DNA from: a virus
Lineage: Duplodnaviria > Caudoviricetes
Reading direction: 5' to 3' (one strand)
Length of the DNA stretch: 64,000 nt
Virus record (IMG/VR): IMGVR_UViG_3300030095_005813
Coordinates: 1 to 64,000 of that record
In this document: positions 50,501 to 60,100 of the stretch, in pieces
Numbering within the stretch: position 1 is the stretch's first letter
Layout: each line of letters starts with the position of its first letter
Position numbers and translations under genes: made by a program
The notes under the pieces: generated by a model
The model's input: only the letters and a program-made list of their open reading frames with translations
Database searches by the model: none
Told to the model about the DNA's origin: nothing

Positions 50501-51069
50501 CACCTTCAATTGAATTGGGTGGAAAATCTCAGGCTCTGAGCTCTAATCCAGGCGTTTTTATTGGCAAAAATGTATTTTTTGGTGCTGGGTATGGTATAGC
50601 AATTGGAGATACAAATGTTATAAGTGGAACTGAACCTGGCGGGTTTGTAGCTGCAACAGGTACTGATAGTGATGATAATGTTGTTGCATTTGGCCAAATT
50701 AAATCTGCTTATGCTGAAGCTGTAGGTAATACATCATATGTAATGTATAGACCAACTTCAGGTTTATTAATTCAACATCCAAACTTTAGTTTAAGAGATG
50801 GTCAACTACAAATAAGTGCATCAGGTAATAAACCAACAAATATAAAACTTGCAAGTGATGGTATAAGCACTGGAATAGAAATAGGTAATAAAACAGGAAT
50901 AGTTGGTCACGGTGATGTTACATCACATGCATTTCAAACACACGATGGTAATTTTCAATTTGGTGAAGATACTATTTCAGTACCTGGTGGTGGTGGAGGT
51001 GCTCAATATGGTACAGATGGTACTTTAACAAAAGGTGGGGAAAATCAATATAATCCATCTGGTGATTAA
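44575..51069 (+). CDS. large tail fibre protein, partly paralogous to upstream gene
   Basis: Same repeat types; shared LIHQVRATNGSLFVSNTG block; 14-aa tandem repeat. Confidence 0.8.
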   Translation: MSFTRLKKYDFAVSQSISGSFTIGDTVEASFLAKANNVNVNSHTTQFVDLKYSVLSESIDLKEFPKGTFPERFYIGNSYVTKSFVAGIPEEIQYVQFTLTGSINSTGSHTYSSGGLSYANDLQLDYDAFQIKVHRPKTELKDTGLLVFTSPSKYIKADSDGVEIKGGQIQADKLTVETLEVFGDAAIFGDVTATANSPYTSTPNLVGLSGSQGSVATFARGDHQHALPFSTINTLAQQNEFTKISGSKTSTGSFGEIEVHIGGTANNSLTISDVSTGIGRPNLSSENTIFIQQGTSNQTQFGGDVIPTSTNTKDLGSAGRQWAEFHAVSSSVSHSIVSSKVGIGTLFPPKPLTVEGDISASGHFFLGHDKFLYNNLGDTALIGEFSGLVYIGSINHKTLFQGNKSNGIQFGQNTSIPLVMEGQVTASGEISASGIITSPNILAITTTTGSLLSSIDSISTTTGSLLTSIDTISSITSSLFATTGSLLASIDTISTTTGSLLASIDTISTTTGSLLTSIDTISTTTGSLLTSIDTISTTTGSLLNSVDSISTTTGSLLSSVDSISATTGSLLNSIDEISLTTGSLLNSIASISTVTGSYAITGSDVTFGNVTLGEITASGNVKIDGDISSSGTLRISTIRDANDEGSSSDLSVDAANLLNIGSSQADEINIGRQDNTSVDINLYAGSSTPSIRMINKGIKINHPITASSNISSSANIETLHTGSFGKGFFKGRVGIGVTNPNTELEIYSANSEAYHYPLVLRNPYNSETNLDYGVGIKFHLDDANDNKFGSIAYEAQTSYANIGNLKFYVDQNDTTTPIATMTTTGLGIGTTTPSAKLTIEGDVAISASGDIDIANEKRIRFAASDGTYSDDGSIRRASGEAIRFRYDKNAFIFDAIENDNWEIRNSGDSPVFRVNTNNGTSIFSGSAGQFFSLEHNTGHIGIGVSNPTAPLHVENDGSVSNLLAYFKSGDQAAKLRLEDDDTMAYFNVLDDTIRFNFSSDASHAGLTIKSGSTTAVNVGIGTTSPDYALDVVGDVGIDKFIYHNGDDDTFFKFQDAEDNIQLSAGGSHLNFTSTGLGVGVTATEKFDVDGNIKARGNISSPTFFSGFAGNGFRVTSGSKYSLEVDDLTVRNSMSVFELLIHQVRATNGSLFVSNTGKIISASKTSNYSEDHREFNLFFDTGSNYGHSFLVGDLIRAQRFQPSTNGSGSQVFKSDFHIIGVNGTTSSLARLTGSDEPEIGYEYVRIGSTTNTDRQGSIYMTADDENAPFLDVVDELTAHSQFNTAGKTKVRLGKLSGITTTTFGTLPGYGFYASGSAYLEGSINATAGEIGGFGINKSTISSSNGNLKLFSDGVISGSDVHFNGGTIGGFTIDSDEIKAGSTLVLDSDTNSGEIKLGGASDITTGDGIYMAGDKKFRVGQASDNFIRFNNTANKLEIKTPSLTLDSSGNLTTIGTISSSAGNIGGWTIDTDKLAKSNLFELAPNATYVISSSNFKVSNAGSIIATAGTIGGFGLGATTISSSTGTLILTNTGQITASDADITGKINATSGQFSGDVIATHINTDSGSIGGFTIDGHSLTTDGVEINKTGQSLFISSSDFKVSHTGELTASNVRADGGTIGGFAIDESTLKSTGNNIIIDAVSNDGKITIGNIGFGQKGIQLDNNNGHPKFYVGDGGTTMGSDNFISFTSQNGLLDVSSPTFQLDASEGTAFLSGSISASAGEIGGFSLGINKISSKNLILSSSTDTNEFIISASNFNVKAGGQITASNIRTDGGTVGGFTIDETSISSNGLTLKSNGQLTGSAVSMSGTIVTDDISATGGTIGGFTLDTNLKAGNDGAGGSAIDINPSTPSIKLGAKESIADNDGDTGAFLTDQAIAIGPQSATQGFRVTSQGVVTASNALIRGNSQVAGFDVSDSQISSQAGTLVLKSSGQITASAVSMSGHIIADSGIVGGFSIDNNEISSSGILIQPYAGSAVTPSIELGGKSQALSSNPGVFIGKNVFFGAGYGIAIGDTNVISGTEPGGFVAATGTDSDDNVVAFGQIKSAYAEAVGNTSYVMYRPTSGLLIQHPNFSLRDGQLQISASGNKPTNIKLASDGISTGIEIGNKTGIVGHGDVTSHAFQTHDGNFQFGEDTISVPGGGGGAQYGTDGTLTKGGENQYNPSGD
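45913..46365 (+). repeat. coding tandem repeat, about 10 units of 42 bp (TTGSLLxSIDxIST)
   Basis: Visible in DNA and protein; one offset partial unit. Confidence 0.9.
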
Positions 51070-51096
51070 TAAATAGGTAATAGGAGAGTGATATAA

Positions 51097-53673
51097 ATGT
51101 CAACAACATATAATTATGATTTTAGAGTTTTGATTGAAACCCTTAGTGGGAGTAAATATTCTTATGGTACTGGTTCATTCATAAGTGTGACACCAGGACT
51201 ACCAGTAACTATACCAACAAGTGGGGCATTAGAAAGAATGGTTAATATGCCTTCAATGTCATATTTTAATAATGAACATTATCAATCTGGCTCATTGTAT
51301 ACAGCTAATACTGATTTCTTAAAAGGTAACTTTACAAATACTCAATTATTAGCTGCAGACGGGGCTGCAAATTATCAATTTTTATCAGCGAGTATTATCA
51401 ATAGTCCTGCATCTGGTTCTATAAAATTTGAACCAAATATGAGTGTTGCTTGGACAGGTTCAAATGGTAAAGCTAGAGATTTTATTAAAAGATATAAGTT
51501 TTTTGGTAATAAAGTTTGTAATGTTTTAGGAATACCAGAAGATTTTTGGATTTATTCTGATAGATTTAGGTTGGCAAATACAGGTTCTGACCAAAACATA
51601 ATCAGAGGTGATGTGTTAGGTAATTCATTGCATGTTAAAAAGAATCTTGCAATATCTAATGCTGGAAATTTTGCATCCGATATACCATTTCATCATGCAC
51701 AAAACACAGACAGATGGGTAAAATGGACCAATACATCAGGTTCTCTACCACAGAATGATATGTTGATTGGTTATAGTAATTTATCTGATGATTATATGAT
51801 TAGAATGAAAAATGGAAAACGACTTGTAATAAGTGGTTCAAACACAGATTTAGAAGTGAATGAATTTAATAATATAAATGTGTCAGGTAAATCTATATTA
51901 AATATGAATTTTACATCTACAAATCAAGCAGATGGTACATTTCAAATATCAAATAATTCAGGTATTGTTACTCTTGAAAATACCTATAACAGCAATATAG
52001 GAAATATGATATTTCAAGTGCATGGTTTTGCTAATTCTATCGTCATAGATAGAAGTGCTCAATCAGTTGGTATTGGGACAAGTGGACCAGATTCAACACT
52101 TGAAGTAGATGGTGACTTTACAGCAACAAACATAACTGCAAGTGGAAACATAAAGATTGATGGCTACATAACCGCAAGTGGTGATTTATTTTTATCAGAT
52201 ACAGATGGTTCTCCATCTCTACACTATGATGTTTCAGCAAATGAATTAAATACTGCCGGAGCTACATTTCATATCAATAAATCAAATGGTGTTGATACTT
52301 CATTTGATGATGGGACTCTTTATGTAGATGCAAGTGAAAATAATGTTGGTATCAGAGTTACCGACCCATCTGCGCCATTAGAAGTAAGAGGTGATATTGG
52401 TACTGCAGGCATAAATCAAATAACAGCTGGAACAGACCAAATCAAAATACATTCTACAACTGCTGGTAGTGGTGCAGGGATTGGATTTTCAGACCATTCT
52501 TCTGAAGACCAATCAGGACATTTAAGATTTTTTATGACTGATGTTGATAATGATACCGATACTGGTGCATTATTTAGATTGTCTTCAAATCAAACATTAG
52601 CTTTTCAAATCACTGGTAGTGGTGATAATGTTTTAGCATTAGGTAAAACACAAATTAGAGAGAATGATGGCAAAATTGGTATTATGCATGATAATGATTT
52701 AGGAAACCCGCATCAACTACTACACCTTCAATCAACAAGTGCTCCTCAATTATTAATTGAAGAGTCAGATTCAAGATTTGTTAGATTGGGTGTTGAAGAT
52801 ACAGCAGATGATATGTGTTTGGGTTGGGACGATGGAGATGATATGCACTTTGGTGTATTCGCGTCTACTACAGATGTAACATTATCCAGTAAAATGATTA
52901 TAAACTCTTCTGGTGATGTTTACATTGGAACAACCACTACAACTACTGGAAATCGTTTGTATGTTTACGATGCACCAGGTAGTGGAACTCCTGTAAATGT
53001 TGTTGTGCACGGTGGAATAACAGATGGTAACAACAATGATGTAATGTTATTAAAACAACTGGATAAAGTTAATTCAGATTCAAAAGATAGATTCTTAAAC
53101 TTTATGGGAGCTGGTTCAACTTACTTAGGTTCAATTAAAGGTGATGGCTCAGGTGGTGTTGATTACGAAACTTCATTTACTGGAAAACACGCAAGTGTGA
53201 TGAAAAGTGGTAGTTATGAAACTGGTATGATTGTAGAATCAACTGGTGAAGTTTGGGGTAAAAGAGATGATGGAACACACCTACATACTGGATTACCAAA
53301 AGTTCAAATCACAACAACAAATTCATCTAAAAAAATATATGGTGTTATTGGTGAATTAGATGAATATGATACATATGGTGGATATAATGATAATTTTGGA
53401 GTAGATAGTGATGAGATTCCAGTAACCGTACATTCTATTGGTGAAGGTTTAATGATAGTAACTAATGTGAATGGTAATGTTGAAAATGGAGATTACATCG
53501 TTTCATCAGATATAGCAGGATATGGACAAAAACAAGATGATGATATATTGAGAAGTTCAACGGTAGCTAAATGTACAGAAACAATTGATTGGAATAATGT
53601 AACTGATACAATAACTCATAATGGTGTTCAATATAAAAAATATATAACAACTTGTACTTATCATTGTGGATAA
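51097..53673 (+). CDS. tail fibre/spike with C-terminal autocleaving chaperone (Peptidase_G2/IMC-like)
   Basis: SFTGKH then GEG...NG.VENGDYIVSS...GYGQKQDDD...TVAK...CTYHCG. Confidence 0.75.
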   Translation: MSTTYNYDFRVLIETLSGSKYSYGTGSFISVTPGLPVTIPTSGALERMVNMPSMSYFNNEHYQSGSLYTANTDFLKGNFTNTQLLAADGAANYQFLSASIINSPASGSIKFEPNMSVAWTGSNGKARDFIKRYKFFGNKVCNVLGIPEDFWIYSDRFRLANTGSDQNIIRGDVLGNSLHVKKNLAISNAGNFASDIPFHHAQNTDRWVKWTNTSGSLPQNDMLIGYSNLSDDYMIRMKNGKRLVISGSNTDLEVNEFNNINVSGKSILNMNFTSTNQADGTFQISNNSGIVTLENTYNSNIGNMIFQVHGFANSIVIDRSAQSVGIGTSGPDSTLEVDGDFTATNITASGNIKIDGYITASGDLFLSDTDGSPSLHYDVSANELNTAGATFHINKSNGVDTSFDDGTLYVDASENNVGIRVTDPSAPLEVRGDIGTAGINQITAGTDQIKIHSTTAGSGAGIGFSDHSSEDQSGHLRFFMTDVDNDTDTGALFRLSSNQTLAFQITGSGDNVLALGKTQIRENDGKIGIMHDNDLGNPHQLLHLQSTSAPQLLIEESDSRFVRLGVEDTADDMCLGWDDGDDMHFGVFASTTDVTLSSKMIINSSGDVYIGTTTTTTGNRLYVYDAPGSGTPVNVVVHGGITDGNNNDVMLLKQLDKVNSDSKDRFLNFMGAGSTYLGSIKGDGSGGVDYETSFTGKHASVMKSGSYETGMIVESTGEVWGKRDDGTHLHTGLPKVQITTTNSSKKIYGVIGELDEYDTYGGYNDNFGVDSDEIPVTVHSIGEGLMIVTNVNGNVENGDYIVSSDIAGYGQKQDDDILRSSTVAKCTETIDWNNVTDTITHNGVQYKKYITTCTYHCG

Positions 53674-53698
53674 AAAATGATGATAAAAACAAAAATAA

Positions 53699-53718
53699 CA
53701 TATTTATATATGAATAGG
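53699..53718 (+). promoter_or_regulatory. putative late promoter CATATTTATATATGAATAGG
   Basis: Third exact copy of the 20-mer. Confidence 0.75.
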
Positions 53719-53726
53719 ACTATATA

Positions 53727-54074
53727 ATGGCTAAGTCAAAAGTAAGATGGAATGGCACAACAGAAGATGGAAGAACCACTTCTGTTCAATGGAATGATAA
53801 TCCATTCACTTGGGGTGATGTAGCTTTAGCAGTTGAAGTAGCTGATGTTATAGCTGGTGGTAGTTATAAAAGAAGACAAGAGAATCTTGATAAACTACTA
53901 AAAGATACTGATAAAAAGAAAAAACTTATTCATTTGATTTGTCGAATCAAAGGAGAAAAAGTTTACGATGATTATACTGAAGTTGGTGAAGTTGATGTGA
54001 AAGTAGAAGATGCTGAATTAGTTGTAGAAACCATTGTAAAGAAAGTCAAGTTGGAGATAAAAGAAAATGTATAA
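53727..54074 (+). CDS. hypothetical protein
   Basis: Follows late motif; overlaps next gene. Confidence 0.7.
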   Translation: MAKSKVRWNGTTEDGRTTSVQWNDNPFTWGDVALAVEVADVIAGGSYKRRQENLDKLLKDTDKKKKLIHLICRIKGEKVYDDYTEVGEVDVKVEDAELVVETIVKKVKLEIKENV

Positions 54075-54624
54075 ACTATATACGGATAAACAAGAAACAT
54101 TTGAATGTGATTTATTCTTAGAAGGAGCAGATTTAAAAGAATCAAGTGCTAGAATTGTTGTTGAATCAGAAGACTTGACATTAATGTTCAAGGGTACAAT
54201 TGATGATAAAGGAAATTGTAAAGTACCTATCAAAAAATTAAAAGGATTAATGAGTGAAAACACTACAGGTGATATTAAACTTGAAGTGATTGCAGAAGAC
54301 ACTTTGATTGAACCTTGGCAATCTGATTTCATTGTCGATACTGCTAAGAAAGTAACGGTTGAGATTAAATCTCAAAAACAATCAAAACCACAAATCAAAG
54401 AATCTACAAAACCACAAGTAAAGGTTAAATCAGTTAAAAATTATACAAATCCAATAAATGAAATGGTTAAAGTATTAATTGAAAACGATATAACAATAGA
54501 CAAAGTGTTACAGAATAAGAAAAAAATTGCTCCAATATTAAACAATTATGCTAACACTATTAATTATCAAGGGGGAACTCAAAAGTTCATAAAAGAAGTA
54601 ATTAATAAATTAGCAAAAACTTAA
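54067..54624 (+). CDS. hypothetical protein with beta-sandwich-like N-terminus
   Basis: GGAG SD; operon context. Confidence 0.7.
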   Translation: MYKLYTDKQETFECDLFLEGADLKESSARIVVESEDLTLMFKGTIDDKGNCKVPIKKLKGLMSENTTGDIKLEVIAEDTLIEPWQSDFIVDTAKKVTVEIKSQKQSKPQIKESTKPQVKVKSVKNYTNPINEMVKVLIENDITIDKVLQNKKKIAPILNNYANTINYQGGTQKFIKEVINKLAKT

Positions 54625-54635
54625 AGGTTATATAA

Positions 54636-55184
54636 ATGTCGTTTGATTTAACGAATAAGAATATCCAAGATACCTTTCAGAATCTATTACAACAGACTGG
54701 GAGTACTGGTGAGGTTTATGATTTAGAAGGTAATCAGGTTACAGATTTAAATATTGCCACTATCAGTTCTTCTGCTGTAAATACTTCGGTAGTAGACATA
54801 CCAAATGGTAGTGACCAAGCAGGTAATAAGTTACATTCAAGAAGTGGAACACTTTATTTTGGTGATACAAATCTTGAAACTGGTGGTAGTGGATTATCAA
54901 ATGTAGTTGAAGACACAACACCACAATTAGGTGGAAATTTAGATTTAAATTCACAAACCATTAATGGTAGTGGAAATATAAATTATTCAGGTAGTATTGA
55001 AATAAACACAAGTAATGCTACAGATGATTTCTTTTTATTGAAATCAGGTAGTTTGAATAGTTTGAAGGTAAATAATCAAGGTGTTCTACAATTAGGAGCA
55101 TTTTCATTTACACCTACAGCAGTAAAAGGTGGAATGTATTATGATGATGATGATGATGAATTTTATGCAGGAAAACAGAATTAA
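54636..55184 (+). CDS. short tail-fibre-like protein
   Basis: VVEDTTPQLGGNLDLNS motif seen in phage fibre proteins. Confidence 0.65.
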   Translation: MSFDLTNKNIQDTFQNLLQQTGSTGEVYDLEGNQVTDLNIATISSSAVNTSVVDIPNGSDQAGNKLHSRSGTLYFGDTNLETGGSGLSNVVEDTTPQLGGNLDLNSQTINGSGNINYSGSIEINTSNATDDFFLLKSGSLNSLKVNNQGVLQLGAFSFTPTAVKGGMYYDDDDDEFYAGKQN

Positions 55185-55243
55185 AATTAATGAAAAATAA
55201 TTTTTATATATACTTATATATGAAGTATTAATAGGAGAATATT

Positions 55244-56896
55244 ATGGCCGAATGGAAAAAGATAATAACAAGTGGTAGTCATGCTGAACTGGCAGGAGTT
55301 ACTGGTTCTAAAGGATTTCACGGTTCCGGAACAGATTTAACATTTTCAGATACTGCTATGGTAACTGGGGATGCTTTAGTATTTGTAGATGCTGATGGTG
55401 GAACTAAAAAAGATAATATCTCCGATGTTGTTACTTTACTTGCAGGTGATGGTATACAAAATTCATCTAATAAATTTGCAATTGATGTTGATGTTATGGC
55501 AGGTGTAGGTTTAACTGCAGACAATACAAATGAAGAATTAGATGTAAGTTCAGCTCAAACAGGTATTCAAACTATTTACAATACTGGTCTTATCATTGGT
55601 AGAGCTGAAGACGATACAACTATAAACTTTACAGCAGATGATACAATTGTACTTGATGCAGGAAGTACGGCAGCTTTAACAGCTACTACTGCTGGTATTA
55701 GTGTAACAACTACAGGTTCAATATCTCGTGTTGAATCAACACAAATTTCAAGTTCAAATGTATTGTCAACTACATTGACTGCAACTTCAGCCTCAATTAA
55801 CACTATTGGTGCATTCACCTTAGGTGGGAAATTAACAGCTGGTACTATAGAAATTGAAGGTAGTAATTTTGACATCAATGGTGGAACAATTGATGGAATC
55901 ACATCATTAACTGCTGGTGGAAATTTAGATATTGGTACACACGATTTTAGAGCACGAAACTTAACAGCTGATGCATTAGCAGCAGGTAAAGTATTATTTA
56001 CAGGAACTGCAGGTTTATTATCAGTAGATTCAAATTTTTCATTTGCTAGTGATACACTAACAGCAAAATCAGGTTCATTTGATGCTATTTCTTCTGAAAA
56101 CATTTCAGGTTCATTAAGAGGTGATGCAGACATAAATGTATTAAATGTAGTTGGAACAGGTTCAGCTGGTTATTTAACTGCTGTAGAAATAAGTGGTTCA
56201 TTTAGAGGTGATGGTTCTAATCTATCAGGTGTCGGTTTTCAAATTGACGAATTATCTAATACACTTACTGCAGTTGCTCAAGATGATTTATTAGTAGTAG
56301 CTGATGTAGACGATTCAAATGAAGAAAAGAAAATAACTTTTTCAAATTTTGAAGACCAAATATTTTCAAATATAAATGCAGCATCTTCAGACATAGCAAT
56401 AGTGGCAGGAGGAGCAATAACACTTGCAAACAATTCAGTTGGAAACGATGAGATGGCTGATGACGCAATTGGAAACGCCGAGTTAAAACAAAACGAAGAT
56501 ATAACTTTACAGGCTTTAACCACAACTAATAATCTTTCAGTAGGTGGAAATGCAATCATAACAGGTGACTTAACCGTAAATGGTGAAACCACGGTAGTAT
56601 CATCTTCAAATCTTGAAGTAAGAGATAGATTTATATTATTGAATAGTGGTTCAAATGCTGGTGATGGTGGTATTATTGTTCAACACGGAAGTACTGGTTC
56701 AGGTTCAGCTTTTGCATATGATGTGTCTGTTAATAGATGGGGATTCCCAAAATCAGGTTCAACAGGAAAAACAGAACATACCGTTTCTCCAGAAGCATAT
56801 GTTTCAGCAGTTGTAACAGATGATAATGAAGCAGAATTTAGAAAAAACGGAAACATCAGAGTTCAAAGTGGTGAAATTTTTATTTTTGTTGAATAA
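55244..56896 (+). CDS. tail fibre-like protein
   Basis: MAEWKKIITSGS start; GDLTVNGETT..SSNLEVRDRFILLNSG domain. Confidence 0.75.
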   Translation: MAEWKKIITSGSHAELAGVTGSKGFHGSGTDLTFSDTAMVTGDALVFVDADGGTKKDNISDVVTLLAGDGIQNSSNKFAIDVDVMAGVGLTADNTNEELDVSSAQTGIQTIYNTGLIIGRAEDDTTINFTADDTIVLDAGSTAALTATTAGISVTTTGSISRVESTQISSSNVLSTTLTATSASINTIGAFTLGGKLTAGTIEIEGSNFDINGGTIDGITSLTAGGNLDIGTHDFRARNLTADALAAGKVLFTGTAGLLSVDSNFSFASDTLTAKSGSFDAISSENISGSLRGDADINVLNVVGTGSAGYLTAVEISGSFRGDGSNLSGVGFQIDELSNTLTAVAQDDLLVVADVDDSNEEKKITFSNFEDQIFSNINAASSDIAIVAGGAITLANNSVGNDEMADDAIGNAELKQNEDITLQALTTTNNLSVGGNAIITGDLTVNGETTVVSSSNLEVRDRFILLNSGSNAGDGGIIVQHGSTGSGSAFAYDVSVNRWGFPKSGSTGKTEHTVSPEAYVSAVVTDDNEAEFRKNGNIRVQSGEIFIFVE

Positions 56897-56905
56897 GAGG
56901 TATGA

Positions 56906-57109
56906 ATGGCATTAAACTTTAAAGGTGGTTTCAAAGTAGGTGGTGTTGAATATCGTCACCCATTAACATCAGAAGAGATAAGATTTATTTTAGAAATTTT
57001 TAAAAAATGTAATTTTACAGGTGAAGAAATGGAAAACTTAATTGTTGTCACTATGAAATTACAAGAAGAATATAATAAGGTTTTAGAAAAAGAACAACAG
57101 ACAAAGTGA
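56906..57109 (+). CDS. small hypothetical protein, possible fibre chaperone
   Basis: GAGG SD; lies between two fibre genes. Confidence 0.65.
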   Translation: MALNFKGGFKVGGVEYRHPLTSEEIRFILEIFKKCNFTGEEMENLIVVTMKLQEEYNKVLEKEQQTK

Positions 57110-57171
57110 TTATTGGCCCAATGTGTGGCAACATTGGGAAGTGGGCTTAATCAGAAGTAACCAACCATAAT
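57109..57171 (+). ncRNA. candidate cis-regulatory structured RNA
   Basis: GC-rich island; perfect CCCAATGT/ACATTGGG stem, GCTT/AAGT stem and a closing helix that ends at the AGGAGG SD. Confidence 0.55.
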
Positions 57172-57183
57172 TAGGAGGAATCA

Positions 57184-60100
57184 ATGCCAAACTGGAAAAA
57201 AGTTATTACTTCAGGTAGTAATGCACAACTCAATCAAATTACAGCAAGTGGAGACATAAGTGTTGGTGATGCCACGGTAAAAACATTAACACTTACACAT
57301 CACACAGACGGGACTGATAGAAGTGCTTATCCTGGTAATTTCTATATGGGCAGTAACAATGTTATCAGTAGTGATGATAGTTTATATGTTGATGGGGCAT
57401 TTAGAGCTGGTGATGGTATATTTATTGTAAGTAATTCTCCAACAACTGATGAAGTTGTGACAATAGATGGAAATATGAATATTTCTTCACATATAACCGC
57501 AAGTGGAGACATAAGTTCAAGTGGTATAATTCATTCAAGTAGTTCTATAAAAACCAATTTAACTAAACTTGTGACTTATGATGACGCAACTGGTATATTT
57601 CACATAACTGCTTCAAGTGGGTTCGTTAATGGGGCTGGTGGTGGAACAACAACAAATGGTTTAACTGCTGGAACTGGTGTTGATATGGGTAATGGTACAG
57701 GTGGCCAGATATTCAATGGTGCATCTGCTTTGACATTAAATTTAGATTTAACTGAAGTTATTACATCCGATGGAGCTAATAGAGTTTTAACTTCTGATGG
57801 TGATGGGACTTTAACTGCAGAAGCTAATTTAGCTTTTGATGGTAATGGTGTAGATGTAACTGGTCACATAACCGCAAGTGGTACAATAAGTGCAAGTGGA
57901 ACAATTATTGCTGACGCCATTACAACTGGTAACTCTGCATTCCATAATGGTATATTCAATTCTGGTCCTGTCAATCCAAAATTAAAAATTAGTTCTTCAA
58001 ACGACATTTTAATAGAATCATCTGATGACATTTTTTTCAAATCAGATGGAACTACAATAGCTCAAATTAAAGGTGGTGAGGCTATACTTGATTTAAATGG
58101 AACATTAGATGTATCATCACACATAACCTCAAGTGGAAATATAAGTTCAAGTGGTATAATTAATGCAAGCGCATCTATAAAATCTAATTTGACTAAACTT
58201 GTTACATATGATGATGCAACTGGTATATTTCACATAACTGCATCATCTGGATTTGTTAACGGTGACGGTGGCGGTGATGGTGATATGACTGGAGTTGATT
58301 TGACTGGTGGTTCAGGAATAACGATTGGGAGTGAAACCAATACAACTTCAGGTGATTATTCAGCTACAATATCTGTTGCATCAGCTACAATTTCAGGTTC
58401 ATTTTTAGGACAAAATGTATTAAGTGGTTCTGCTCTTGAAGGTACGAGGACTATAATAAGTGGTTCAGTAAATTCAACTGGTTCATTTGGAAGAGTTGAA
58501 GCTGTTGGAATCATAACAGCTGAAGGTTTAGTAATTAGTGATGACGCTGAAATTACAGATGATTTAACGGTTAATGGTGATATAGATTTAGAAGGTGATA
58601 TTGATGTAAATGGAACAGCAAATTTAGATGCGGTTGATATTGATGGTAATGTTCAACTCGGCGGAAATCTCACCGTAGGTACTAATGGTTCAAGTCACGA
58701 TATTGAAGTGCATTCAAATACTTCAGGTAAAAAGTTTAACTGGCATGCAACTAATGCTTATATGAATTTTGTAGACAATACAAAACTCTCATTCGGAACA
58801 CCTGCGACTGCTGGTGGCTATGATAGTGCTATATATTCTGATGGTACGGTTAACCGATTTCAAGGTGTTATAGGTGATATACTATTGGATACTCATGGTG
58901 ATAATTGTAACCGAGTTTTTATTTCTGGTTCAGGTCAGAGTAATTTTGCAGTCCATGGACACATAACCGCAAGTGGAAACATAAGTGCTAGTGGTAATGT
59001 TATTACATCACAAGTTGGAAGTGCTGATGATGATTTACTTGTAAGAGGTGAGAATATTACAAACACATTAGATGTAGGTGGAGATTTTATTATTCAGGAA
59101 GGTGTTACTGAAAGATTAAAATTTGATGGTGGTGATGATAGTTTTACACTCACAGGAAACATAACCACAAGTGGAAACATAAGTTCAAGTGGAACAATCA
59201 TATCCAATGACATAACAGCCGATGCTGTAACTGGTGTGGATTCAATATTAAATACAGGTTTAAAAGTTGGTAGAGATTCTACGGATTTAATTGATTTTAC
59301 ATCAGATAATCAAATTAAATTTAGAGTTAATGATGTTAATGAATTTGTACTGGCAGAAAATATTTTCCGACCAGGTGGAAGTGGTGGTGCTGGATTGGGT
59401 AATTCTGCTAAAAAATGGTCTGAATTAGTTGTCAACCACATAACCGCAAGTAACAACATAAGTGCGAGTGGATTATTAATGTCAAGTGCATCTATAAAAG
59501 GCAATTTAACTAAACTTGTTACATATGATGATGCAACTGGACAATATCATATAACTGCCTCAAGTGGATTTGTCAATGGAAGTAGTGGAGGTGGTTCAGG
59601 TGATATGACTGGTGTCGACTTAACAGGTGGAACAAATGTATCAATTGCAAGTGAAACTAATACAACATCAGGTGATTATTCAGCAACAATAAATCTTGAT
59701 GATTCAATAACTCTTGCTGGTGATTTTTTACAAAGCGGTCCCGGAGCAGGAAACTATGTTAGTTCAAGTCAAGGTAATTTAGAATTAAGTGGAAGTGGTA
59801 AAGGACAATTAGAAGTTGATTACAGATTATTCGATACTGGTTCAGGAGGTGTTGCAGGTTCTGTAGGTCAAGCTGTAGGTGATGTTATTAAATTTGGTGG
59901 TTCAGTTACATCTCCAGGAAGATTATATCATTTAACTGGAACTGGTACTTGGTCCACAACACGAAGAGATATAGTAGGTTCTTGTACAGGCTCTTTGGCT
60001 ATAGCATTAGGGACTAATTCAACAAATGATGGTATGATGATAAGAGGTATGGTTAGTTGTTCTACTCAATTTTCATATTCATCATCAATAGGGGGACCTG

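Noticed and set aside
55576-56133. This and the other short minus-strand or nested ORFs in the track
   Set aside because: They lie inside long + strand genes and lack SDs and recognisable motifs
57109-57183. Intrinsic terminator or hammerhead ribozyme
   Set aside because: No U-tract after the stems; no intact CUGANGA plus GAAA core on either strand
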